This document shows positions 1 through 8,756 of a stretch of DNA of 64,000 bases, one piece after another; the stretch's first letter is position 1; every line of letters begins with the position of its first letter. A program made the position numbers and the translations under genes. The notes under the pieces are model-generated. The model searched no databases, had not been told where the DNA came from, and saw only the letters and a program-made list of their open reading frames with translations. The stretch comes from an uncultured Acidobacteriota bacterium. Lineage in GTDB: Bacteria > Acidobacteriota > Thermoanaerobaculia > Gp7-AA8. The stretch is taken from contig CAVUKB010000010.1 of assembly GCA_963741955.1 (NCBI GenBank), positions 1 to 64,000 of the forward strand, read 5' to 3'.

Positions 1-277
1 CCTTCGATTCTCGGTTGTAGGTATAAGCGGCTGCATGGTCTGTAGTTAGCGACACGGTGACTTGACTCTGAACGGAGAAAGCGGGGTGAGGCGCGTCGCT
101 TCTCGGTTGATTCGTCAGATGCTCGATCGAATGCGACGTAGTGGGCAGGTGTTCATGGCGGTCGGAACGGATACGGCCTCCGTCGCGTGGCGAAACCTGG
201 ACCGGGCGTCACTTGGAACGAGGCTCCGCCAGGGCGAATCGTGAAGAGTGGTCAGTTTTCAGGGAATCGCGCTCGCC

Positions 278-868
278 TCAGAACGGTGGCGGGCCCGGCG
301 AGTCGCGGATGATGTCGGGCACCGGGAGCATCGGCCAGATCGGGACGGGCCGCTCGGGGGATTCGGGAACTCCGGTCTGGAGCGAGGCGATGCACCGGTC
401 GGCGAGAACGCGGAGGAGAGGATCATTCGCGAGCTCGCGCTCGCAACGCGAGATCAGGTTCGAGACGTGGCCGGTGCTGCCGAGGCGCAACGTTGCCGCG
501 ATCGGGCGGAGCTGCTCGGCACTCTCGTAGCGGCCGAGCCAGGCGGCCAGCATCCGTGCAGCGCCGCCGCGGCCGTATCGGATGTCGCTCTCGTCGATGT
601 CGAACACCGAGGCGATTGTGGCGACGACCTTGACGAGCTTCGCGCGACCGACCGTGCGCTGTGTCTTCGGATGTTCGTCGCTGCGGGGCTTCTTTTCGAT
701 GATCGTGCGCATCGACTCGACCCACGGCTCGGTGCCGAGATAGATCTGATTCACGAGCTTGTCCCAGAGGCGGCTCCGGTCGTGGAGTTTCTCGTAGACG
801 AACGCGCGGTAGTTCTCCTGCGCTTCGTCCCGCGTCGCGCCGCGACGGAGCATCCAGTCGGGAAAGTT
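278..868 (-). pseudogene. C-terminal remnant of a REP-associated tyrosine transposase (RAYT) with DnaA-C-like HTH; N-terminal HUH domain missing
   Basis: Reads PDWMLRR..EAQENYRAFV..QIYLGTEPWVE..ARMLAAWL..IAATLRLGSTGHVSN, resembling the C-terminal half of HTH-fused RAYTs. In-frame TAG at 902-904 lies just upstream and no HUH motif is present. Confidence 0.6.
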
Positions 869-968
869 TGGGGCCAGGCCTTCGTTTGTTCTGTCGGCAC
901 TCTAACTTTCTGAACGACTGAGACTTCTCCTTCGCGCCACGATCGGCGGATGAAGCACGATCTCGTCC

Positions 969-1009
969 GCGCGATAGAAACTGTCCCACTGCGCCGCGCA
1001 GTCTCCTGG
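969..1009. repeat. Internally deleted remnant of MITE family B
   Basis: GCGCGATAGAAACTGTCCCACTGCG joined to CCGCGCAGTCTC-CTGG matches both ends of the element at 11545-11703. Confidence 0.6.
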
Positions 1010-1077
1010 CCAGGATGTTCAAGTCCTGACCCTGTCCGCCGGAAGCGGCCCTCGGGCGAGTATCCGATCGGAGCTCC

Positions 1078-1530
1078 TCAAGCTCCGTCGGGGATGTCGG
1101 GCTCGACGAGCTGCGCGAGCAGAGTCAGAGATTCCTGCCATCCGAGGTAGCACGCTTCGAGGGGAATCGCCTCGGGAATCCCTTCCTGCACGACGTTCAG
1201 CTCCGTTCCGACCGACACCTTTCGGAGGGAGACCGTGGTCTCCATGGTGCCGGGGAGGTTCGGATCGTCGAAGACGTCGGTGTAGCGAATCCGTTCCCCG
1301 GGAACGAGCTCCAGATACTTCCCGCCGAACGAGTGACTGTTTCCGGACGAGAAGTTCGTGAACGACATCTTGTACGTGCCACCGACCTTCGCGTCCAGCT
1401 GATGGACCTTCCCGGTGAATCCGTGCGGCGGGAGCCACTTGGCCATCGCGTCGGGATCGAGGAACGCGCGGTATAGCTTCTCCGGGGTGGTACGAATGAC
1501 ACGATGCAACTTCACGGTGTTTCCAGCCAT
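1078..1530 (-). CDS. SRPBCC/AHSA1 (START-like) domain protein
   Basis: HRVIRTTPEKLYRAFLDPDAMAKWLPP..YLELVPGERIRYTD..CYLGWQESL; AGGAG RBS before ATG at 1530. Confidence 0.9.
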   Translation of the reverse strand: MAGNTVKLHRVIRTTPEKLYRAFLDPDAMAKWLPPHGFTGKVHQLDAKVGGTYKMSFTNFSSGNSHSFGGKYLELVPGERIRYTDVFDDPNLPGTMETTVSLRKVSVGTELNVVQEGIPEAIPLEACYLGWQESLTLLAQLVEPDIPDGA

Positions 1531-1684
1531 GGTCGCCTCTCTCCTGCGCCGCGCGCCGACGCGCAGCGGAGCACACTGTTCTCGCGCAAATTCTATCGCG
1601 GCTCGCATCACGAGGCATCCTCAGCGGAGAATCGGAGATCGGTCCAGGCGTGATTTCGGATCGTGATGGCGTTACATTCACTCC

Positions 1685-3247
1685 ATGACCACGACGACCG
1701 AAGTGCAGAATGTGCGGCGTCCGGTGGAGTCGCGGGATCCGAACAGCGGGGAAGTGTGGCGGCAGTTCGAGCACGCGTCGCCGGAGGCGATCGTCACGGC
1801 AGTGAAGACGGCGGGGGAGGCGCAACGCGCGTGGGGAGCGATTCCGCTCCGCGAACGCGCCGCCGCGGTGGGTCGCGTCCGTCGAGAGATTTACGAGAGG
1901 CGGCACGCGATCGCGAGCGTCCTGAGCCGCGAGACGGGGAAGCCTCCGTTCGAGGCGATCTTCGAGACGCTTCTCGTGGCCGACACCGCGGCGTGGGCCG
2001 CGCGCGAAGGCGCACGCCTCCTCCGTCCCGTCCGGAGGCGGTCCCGGCAGATCGCGACGCTGCGGAAATCGATCGAAACGCAATGGGAGCCGTTCGGGGT
2101 CGTGGCGGTGATCTCACCGTGGAACTATCCGCTCCTCCTCGCGGCCGGCTCGCTCCTCCCTTCGCTGGTCGCCGGCAACGCCGTCATCCTCAAGCCGTCG
2201 GAGATGACGCCGACCTGCGCCGAAGCGCTGGTCGAGGCGGTCCGCGCGACGGGGATCCCCGAGGGACTCGTGCAATGGCTTCCGGGAGACGGGGAGACGG
2301 GGAGAGCGCTCATCGAAGGGGGCGTGAACCGCGTCTTTTTCACCGGGAGCGAAGCGACCGGGCGCAAGGTTGCCGCCGCGTGCGGTGAGCGCCTCATCCC
2401 GTGTTCGCTGGAGCTCGGAGGGTCGGATCCGGCCCTCGTTCTCGATGATGCCGACATCCCCACGGCCGCGGCCGGAATCGCATGGGGGCGCTTCTCGAAC
2501 GCGGGGCAGACCTGCATCGCGCCGAAACGCGTCTTCGTCGTGGACTCGATCTACGACCGCTTCGTCGAGGAGCTGGCGCGGGTCGTCGCATCCCTCCGCG
2601 TCGCGAGCGGCGAGGACCGCGACTTCGGTGCGGTCATCCATCCGCGGCAGGCGGAGATCCTTCGAGCGCAATGGCGCGACGCGATCGACCGCGGCGCACG
2701 GAGTGTGGCGAGGCGCGACCCCGGCTCGAACGTCCCGGGCGCGTTCGCGGCAGAAGTCCTCGCCGACGTGGACGAGTCGATGCGTGTGATGCGGGAGGAG
2801 ACGTTCGGCCCGATTCTTCCGCTGGTCCGCGTCGCTTCGGTGGACGAGGCGGTCGAACGGGCGAACGCGACCCGCTATGGACTGAGCGCGAGCGTCTGGA
2901 GCCGCAGCCGCTCCCGCGCACTCGACGTGGCGCGAAGGCTCCAAGCAGGTACGGTGATGATCAACGACACCGTCTCCGAGGCGGCGATGACCGAAGTCGC
3001 CCATGGAGGAGTGAAAGCGAGCGGCATCGGGCGTCTCCACGGCGCGATCGGCTTCGCCGAAGTGGCGCGTCCGAAGGAGGTCGTGATCGACTCATTTCCG
3101 CGGTGGAAGCAGGTCTGGTACTTCCCGTATACCCCGCGACTGCTGGACGGGCTCGATGCGTTCTTCGGCTTTCTTCACGGAGCCGGTCTCGTCTCCCGGC
3201 TTCGCAAGGGAATCAGGGCGGTGCGGCTCCTCTATTTCGGCGGGTGA
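1685..3247 (+). CDS. Aldehyde dehydrogenase family protein
   Basis: ISPWNYP, LKPSE, FTGS, LELGG (catalytic Glu), AGQTC (catalytic Cys), EETFGP. Confidence 0.95.
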   Translation: MTTTTEVQNVRRPVESRDPNSGEVWRQFEHASPEAIVTAVKTAGEAQRAWGAIPLRERAAAVGRVRREIYERRHAIASVLSRETGKPPFEAIFETLLVADTAAWAAREGARLLRPVRRRSRQIATLRKSIETQWEPFGVVAVISPWNYPLLLAAGSLLPSLVAGNAVILKPSEMTPTCAEALVEAVRATGIPEGLVQWLPGDGETGRALIEGGVNRVFFTGSEATGRKVAAACGERLIPCSLELGGSDPALVLDDADIPTAAAGIAWGRFSNAGQTCIAPKRVFVVDSIYDRFVEELARVVASLRVASGEDRDFGAVIHPRQAEILRAQWRDAIDRGARSVARRDPGSNVPGAFAAEVLADVDESMRVMREETFGPILPLVRVASVDEAVERANATRYGLSASVWSRSRSRALDVARRLQAGTVMINDTVSEAAMTEVAHGGVKASGIGRLHGAIGFAEVARPKEVVIDSFPRWKQVWYFPYTPRLLDGLDAFFGFLHGAGLVSRLRKGIRAVRLLYFGG

Positions 3248-3352
3248 ACGCTGCGGTGAACTCGCTCGCGTCTTCGAAAGCTCAGTCACCGCCCGGTACC
3301 GCCACGCGATCATCTCGCCTGTTCCCTCGAGGCTCGAGCCCCGCATCTCCCT

Positions 3353-3517
3353 TCTCCCGTCTCTCGTCTCCCGCCGAGCCTCGCGTTTCTCGTCTCTCGT
3401 CTCTCGCCTCTCGTCTCTCGCATCGGTTTCCCCGAGCCTCGAGCCCCGAGCCTCGAGCCTCGAGCCTCGAGCCCCGAGCCTCGAGCCCCGAGCCTCGCGC
3501 CCCGAGCCTCGCGCCCC
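3353..3517. repeat. Heptamer tandem repeats: TCTCGTC-type units, then 12 CCYCGMG units
   Basis: Read directly; 12 contiguous 7-mers at 3430-3513. Confidence 0.9.
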
Positions 3518-3590
3518 TTCCCTCCGTCGCGCTAACATTCACTCGACTGGACGGAAGGGAGAGGTGGCCGACGGGCTGCCGGGAATGATC

Positions 3591-4043
3591 ATGACTTATG
3601 TGATGAGGTACGTCGTCAGTGATGACGAGACGCCGGACGAGAGCGGTCTGAGGAATCTCCTCGCGGAGGAAGAGCCGCGCTACGACCTGCGGGAAGGGGA
3701 GCTGACGTTCGAAGGGAATGCCCTCGCGGGGGTGACGATCCATGGACGGAGCGACGAGGCATTCGAGGAGGCGGTCGCCGTGCTCACGGGGCGCGTCGGG
3801 CGAGCGGCGGACGAGGAGACCGGGGCGATGGTGACGCGGATGCTTCGTGAAGCGAGTGCTCTGGTCGAGGTGACGCTTCCGCTCGAGAGTGACCCCGGAC
3901 CCGCTCTCGAGCTTCTCGAGCCGTTCTGGGACGTGCTGGAGGAGAACTACTCGGGGCTGGTACACGCGGAGGGGGAAGGCTTTTACGACCAGGGGGAGCT
4001 GATCCTGGAGGATCCGGTCGAGCCTCAGATGCCAACCTCCTGA
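3591..4043 (+). CDS. Hypothetical acidic protein (about 150 aa)
   Basis: Protein-like C-terminal part of ORF 3156-4043 (..LEPFWDVLEENYSGLVHAEGEGFYDQGELIL); the upstream part is translated repeat. Alternative start at 3585. Confidence 0.7.
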   Translation: MTYVMRYVVSDDETPDESGLRNLLAEEEPRYDLREGELTFEGNALAGVTIHGRSDEAFEEAVAVLTGRVGRAADEETGAMVTRMLREASALVEVTLPLESDPGPALELLEPFWDVLEENYSGLVHAEGEGFYDQGELILEDPVEPQMPTS

Positions 4044-4125
4044 GGCTCGACCGATCTTCGCGCCCTGCTTCTCCGATTCGGTTCCGGGAATCGCGATCGC
4101 CTCGATCACGGGTTCCCTTCGGATC

Positions 4126-4200
4126 TCAGATCCTCGATCCGCGATTTACTTCAGATCCTCGATCCGCGATCCGCGATCCACGATGTCTTTCAGATCCTCG
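4126..4200. repeat. GATCCNC heptamer and TCAGATCCTCG direct repeats between convergent genes
   Basis: TCAGATCCTCG occurs three times, with GATCCTC/GATCCGC/GATCCAC units. Confidence 0.8.
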
Positions 4201-4204
4201 TTCG

Positions 4205-4936
4205 TCAGACCTCCCCCCGCTCCTCCATCTCGATGGAGCGCGGGAAGAGGATGTTGTTCTCCAGGTGGATGTGCTGGTGGAGGTCCGCCTCGAAGTCGGC
4301 AAGTGCCGAGTAGAGTGTGCGGTAGCTCATGCAGCCGTCCTCGGGAGGTGTGAAGTCGTTCGAGAGAGTCCGCAGCTCGCGGATCATGTCTCCCGCGGCG
4401 TCGTGCTCCATCATCATCATGCGTACCGGATTCTTCACCGTACCGAAGAACGGCGGGGGCGGCGCGTCGCCCGATTCGAGCGCGCTCTCCATCTGCTCCA
4501 CGAAAGGAAAGAGGATGTCCTCTTCCTTCATCATGTGGGGAAGGAGATCCTCCCGCAGCCTGGCGAAGACCTGAGCGATCTTCCGGAGCTCGGGATGATT
4601 CGTTCCGTGCACGCCGACGACCTTCGCCACCAGGGCGTCGAGCCGCTCGAGCTCGTCGCGGGTGAAGCGGTGATGCGTCGTCACGATGTGCGTGATCAGC
4701 TCGCGGAGATCCTTCTTCGCCCACGCGTCGGCCGTAGTGGACTCCGCCGGACCCATCGTCGTCGCCTCGAGCATGCCGCGCACGTAGTCGACTGAAATTT
4801 TCGCCGCGCTGCAGGCATCCACCAGCGAGCGGTGTCCGCCACAGCAGTAATCGATACCGAGTTTCTCGAAAACCCGGGTCGAGGCCGGAATCGCCGCCGC
4901 GATCTCGCCCACCGTCCTGGTGACCATCTCTTCCAT
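4205..4936 (-). CDS. ric: Iron-sulfur cluster repair di-iron protein (Ric/YtfE/ScdA)
   Basis: IDYCCGG, HIVTTHH, HMMKEEDILFP, MMMEHD, HIHLENNILFP; GGAGGA RBS. Confidence 0.95.
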   Translation of the reverse strand: MEEMVTRTVGEIAAAIPASTRVFEKLGIDYCCGGHRSLVDACSAAKISVDYVRGMLEATTMGPAESTTADAWAKKDLRELITHIVTTHHRFTRDELERLDALVAKVVGVHGTNHPELRKIAQVFARLREDLLPHMMKEEDILFPFVEQMESALESGDAPPPPFFGTVKNPVRMMMMEHDAAGDMIRELRTLSNDFTPPEDGCMSYRTLYSALADFEADLHQHIHLENNILFPRSIEMEERGEV

Positions 4937-4972
4937 GATTTCCTCCGTATCTCTGAATCTTCTGACGATTCG

Positions 4973-5013
4973 AGAATAGAGAGGCGGAGGAGGCCACTCG
5001 ATGACAAAAGTCA
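4973..5013 (-). promoter_or_regulatory. Crp/Fnr-type box with -10 hexamer for ric (class II geometry)
   Basis: Palindrome TGAC-AAAA-GTCA at 5002-5013; TATTCT on minus strand at 4978-4973. Box centre falls at -41.5 if the hexamer starts at -12. Confidence 0.65.
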
Positions 5014-5113
5014 CTCCTTCCTCATTCCGGAAGAGAAGCGTAGTCAGCTGCGAGTGCGGGGGGGAACGAAGCTCCCGGTGTCCCAATCGGAGCCAAATCC
5101 TTACAATGCCCGC

Positions 5114-5815
5114 ATGAGCTACGAACCTCGATACGAAGCCTCCCTCGCCCGGGTGCCGCTCTTTGCCGCGGTCAGCGATGACGACCGGAAACTCCTCGCC
5201 TCGCGCTGCGTGGTGAAGCACTACGACGACGGCGAGCTGCTTTTCTCCGAGGGGGAGCGGTGCGAGGGACTCTTCATCATCGTCGGCGGTTCGGTGAGGC
5301 TCTTCAAGACGGCGGCGAGCGGCCGGGAGCAGGTGCTCACGATCGAGATGGCGGGAAACACGCTGGCCGAGCTTCCGGTATTCGACGGCGGACCGTACCC
5401 CGCCTCGGCAACCGCGGTCGGCCGCAGCACGCTGCTGTTCATCAGCAAAGACGATTTCCGCGCGCTCTGCATGGAAAAGCCGGAGCTCGCGCTCGGCGCG
5501 TTGAAGGGAGTCGGCCGACGCCTGCGCCATCTGGTCGGACTGATCGAAGAGCTTTCCTTCACCACGGTGCGGCACCGCCTCGGAGCGCTTCTTCTCCGCG
5601 AAGCACGGACGAACGGGGTGAAGACGGAGCGCGGCCTCGAGTTCACGCTCGCGTTCAGCAACCAGGAGCTCGCATCGCAGATCGGCACGGTGCGCGAGCT
5701 GGTCTCGCGCAATCTGAGCCGTCTCCAGCTCGAGAAGATCATCCTCACGGAAGGAAAGACGATCATCGTGCCGGACATGAGAAAGCTGGAGGAAGAGGTG
5801 GAGGAGGAGGGGTGA
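5114..5815 (+). CDS. Crp/Fnr family transcriptional regulator (HcpR/Dnr-like context)
   Basis: cNMP-binding fold (LFSEGERCEGLFII..GREQVL) and HTH NQELASQIGTVRELVSR; divergent from ric; TACAAT 6 nt before ATG. Confidence 0.92.
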   Translation: MSYEPRYEASLARVPLFAAVSDDDRKLLASRCVVKHYDDGELLFSEGERCEGLFIIVGGSVRLFKTAASGREQVLTIEMAGNTLAELPVFDGGPYPASATAVGRSTLLFISKDDFRALCMEKPELALGALKGVGRRLRHLVGLIEELSFTTVRHRLGALLLREARTNGVKTERGLEFTLAFSNQELASQIGTVRELVSRNLSRLQLEKIILTEGKTIIVPDMRKLEEEVEEEG

Positions 5816-5863
5816 GGGAATTGCGCGATTTGGAATCGCGCGAATCAAGCGAGGTTCGCCCAA

Positions 5864-7202
5864 GTGGGTCGCGCGTCTCGCGCGAGGCTCCCCGGCATCC
5901 TGCCGGGGAGCGATGGCGTCAACGGCAAGAGAATCGTTCCTCTCGCGCGGCGGTGCGTTCGGGTCTCTTTACTCGGGAGGAACGTCGTAACTTGCCTGGA
6001 GCAGGGCGGCGCGGGACGCCACCCTGCATAGTGGGTCGCGCGTCTCGCGCGAGGCTCCCCGGCATCTTGCCGGGGAGCGATGGCGTCAACGCCACGCGGA
6101 TCGCTCCTCTCGCGATGTGGTCCGTTCGAGTCTCTCTTCTCGGGAGGATCGTCGCGGATCGCTCCTCTCGCGCGGCGGTGCATTCGGGTCTCTTTGCTCG
6201 GGAGGATCGTCGTAACTTGTCCGGAGCAGGGCGGCGCGGGACGCCACCCTGCATCGGACGGGACGTCCAACCCACTGTGGCCACCCGGCATCCTGCCGGG
6301 GAGCGATGGCGTCAACGTCACGAGAATCGTTCGTCTCGCGCGAGGCTCCCCGGCATCTTGCCGGGGAGCGATGGCGTCAACGCCACGCGGATCGCTCCTC
6401 TCGCGATGTGGTCCGTTCGAGTCTCTCTTCTCGGGAGGATCGTCGCGGATCGCTCCTCTCGCGCGGCGGTGCATTCGGGTCTCTTTGCTCGGGAGGATCG
6501 TCGTAACTTGTCCGGAGCAGGGCGGCGCGGGACGCCACCCTGCATCGGACCGGAGGTCCAACCCACTTTGGCTCCCCGGCATCCTGCCGGGGAGCGATGG
6601 CGTCAACGGCACGAGAATCGTTCCTCTCGCGCGGCGGTGCGTTCGGGTCTCTTTACTCGGGGCGATCGTCGCAGCTTGCCTGGAGCAGGGCGGCGCGGGA
6701 CGCCACCCTGCATCGGACGGGACGTCCAACCCACTGTGGCCACCCGGCATCCTGCCGGGGAGCGATGGCGTCAACGTCACGCGGATCGCTCCTCTCGCGA
6801 TGTGGTCCGTTCGGGTCTCTTTACTCGGGAGGAACGTCGCGGATCGCTCCTCTCGCGCGGCGGTGCATTCGGGTCTCTTTGCTCGGGAGGATCGTCGTAA
6901 CTTGTCCGGAGCAGGGCGGCGCGGGACGCCACCCTGCATCGGACGGGACGTCCAACCCACTGTGGCTCCCCGGCGTGGCGCCGGGGAGCGATGGCGTCAA
7001 CGGCACGAGAATCGCTCCTCTCGCGACGTGGTGTGTTCGGGTCTCTTTACTCGGGAGGATCGTCGTAACTTGCCTGGAGCAGGGCGGCGCGGGACGCCAC
7101 CCTGCATCGGACCGGAGGTCCAACCCACTTTGGCCACCTGGCATCGGACCGGAGGTCCAACCCACTTTGGCCACCTGGCATCGGACGGGACGTCCAACCC
7201 AC
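5864..7202. repeat. Mosaic tandem array of REP-like palindromes (BIME/REPIN-like), units of 167-226 bp
   Basis: GCTCCCCGGCA-TCY-TGCCGGGGAGC type at 5887, 6054, 6280, 6345, 6571, 6739, 6965. GCAGGGCGGCGCGGGACGCCACCCTGC at 6001, 6226, 6517, 6685, 6911, 7079. GGACS-GGA-SGTCC-AACCCAC seven times. Confidence 0.9.
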
Positions 7203-7411
7203 TGGCGGCATCCGGACAGACGGCCGACCTGATGGCTGCAGCGGTCGGAAGGTCCAACCTGGAAACGGTCTCCCCCGAATCGCGCAATTCACGCAAATCA
7301 TGCAAATCGCGCCAATTTGATTGATTTTCCGGATATCGCCTTTTCAGGAGAAACTCACGCGAGAAGATTGTTCTGCTGTCCTGGCCCCGGCATTGCTCGG
7401 ATCGTCATCAG

Positions 7412-8656
7412 ATGGAAGTCAGCGCCCTCTTCATGCAGCTCGGTGTCTCGCTGGGACTGGGGCTCCTGGTCGGGCTCCAGCGGGAGTCCGTCGCCTCGCC
7501 TCTCGCCGGGCTGCGGACCTTCGCCCTGATCACGATCCTGGGAAATGTCTGTGCGATTCTCGCCACCACCTACGGCGGCTGGGTGCTCGGGGCCGGATTT
7601 CTCTCTCTCGCGGCGATGGTTCTGATCGGGAATATCGCCATGATCAAGCTGGGCACCGCGAATCCCGGTCTGACCACGGAAGTTGCGGTTCTGGTCATGT
7701 TCTCGGTGGGCGCAATCGTGGGAGCAGGAGACCTGACCCTCGGGATCGTCATCGGCGGCGGAGTCGCTGTGCTCCTCCAGTTCAAGACCCGGATGCGGGG
7801 TGTGGCAGCGAAGCTCGACGAGCCGGACATCACCGCGATCATGCGCTTCGTCCTGATCTCACTGGTCATCCTTCCTCTTCTGCCGAACCGCGCGTACGGT
7901 CCCTTCGACGTCCTCAATCCTTTCGAGATCTGGCTGATGGTCGTGCTGATCGTCGGCATCAGCCTCGGCGGCTACATTCTGTACAGGTTCGTCGGGAGGA
8001 AGACCGGCGTTCTCCTGGCGGGAGTGCTTGGAGGGATCATCTCCAGCACCGCGACCACGGTGAGCTACGCGAAGCGCACCCGGGTCGCTCCGGAGACGAG
8101 CCGCTGGGCCGCGGTGGTGATCATGATCGCGTCGTCGATCGTGATGATCCGGATCCTGGTGGAGATCGCGCTGGTGGGGCCCCGCCTCCTCGCGGTGGCG
8201 GCACCCCCCATCCTCATCCTTCTCGCCGTCGCAGCGGCGCTCTCCATGGCGATGTGGCGCAAGGGGAAGGGCACCCGCGAGGAGATGCCGCGCCAGGAGA
8301 ACCCGACCGAGCTGAGGCCGGCTCTCGTGTTCGCCCTGATCTACGCGATCGTGCTGGTCGGCGTCGCGGCGGGAAAACGCTACTGGGGAAGCAAAGGACT
8401 GTACGTCATCGCGATGATCTCGGGGCTGACCGACGTCGACGCCATCACCCTCTCCGTCTCGCAACTCGTGGCCGCTTCGCGGATCGAGCTCGCACAGGCG
8501 TGGCGGGTGATCGTGATCGCCATTCTTTCGAACCTCGTCTTCAAGGCCGGCGTGGTGCTGCTGCTCGGTCGCAGGCGCGTGTTCTACTGGATCGCGACGC
8601 TCTTTGCGATCCACATTCTCGCGGGCGCGTTGATTCTCGCATTCTGGCCCGGATAG
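7412..8656 (+). CDS. MgtC/SapB family membrane protein with DUF4010
   Basis: GLLVGLQRE, AGLRTFAL, GLTTEVA, GGIISSTATT, SGLTDVDAI; many TM helices. Confidence 0.9.
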   Translation: MEVSALFMQLGVSLGLGLLVGLQRESVASPLAGLRTFALITILGNVCAILATTYGGWVLGAGFLSLAAMVLIGNIAMIKLGTANPGLTTEVAVLVMFSVGAIVGAGDLTLGIVIGGGVAVLLQFKTRMRGVAAKLDEPDITAIMRFVLISLVILPLLPNRAYGPFDVLNPFEIWLMVVLIVGISLGGYILYRFVGRKTGVLLAGVLGGIISSTATTVSYAKRTRVAPETSRWAAVVIMIASSIVMIRILVEIALVGPRLLAVAAPPILILLAVAAALSMAMWRKGKGTREEMPRQENPTELRPALVFALIYAIVLVGVAAGKRYWGSKGLYVIAMISGLTDVDAITLSVSQLVAASRIELAQAWRVIVIAILSNLVFKAGVVLLLGRRRVFYWIATLFAIHILAGALILAFWPG

Positions 8657-8756
8657 CAGATCGCATCGTCACAGCATCCGGAGCGGCGACTCCGTATAAT
8701 CTCCCGCGCTGTTCCTCCCGACAGCCATTCCGGAACAGCCGGAGAAGGAGCCGTCG

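Noticed and set aside
1-277. Possible gene or RNA at the window start
   Set aside because: No recognisable motif or structure, and the context is cut off by the window edge.
4205-5863. 552-aa ORF suggesting an N-terminally extended Ric fusion
   Set aside because: The extension is antisense to the Crp/Fnr gene; the real start with RBS is at 4936.
5864-7202. CRISPR array
   Set aside because: The sequences between the palindromes are themselves repeated, so there are no unique spacers; unit lengths are 65-226 bp and no cas genes are present.
5260-7324. Long ORFs (546, 414 and 371 aa) across the repeat array
   Set aside because: Open in several frames on both strands because GC-rich repeats lack stops; Arg/Gly/Pro-biased; unit lengths are mostly not multiples of 3.
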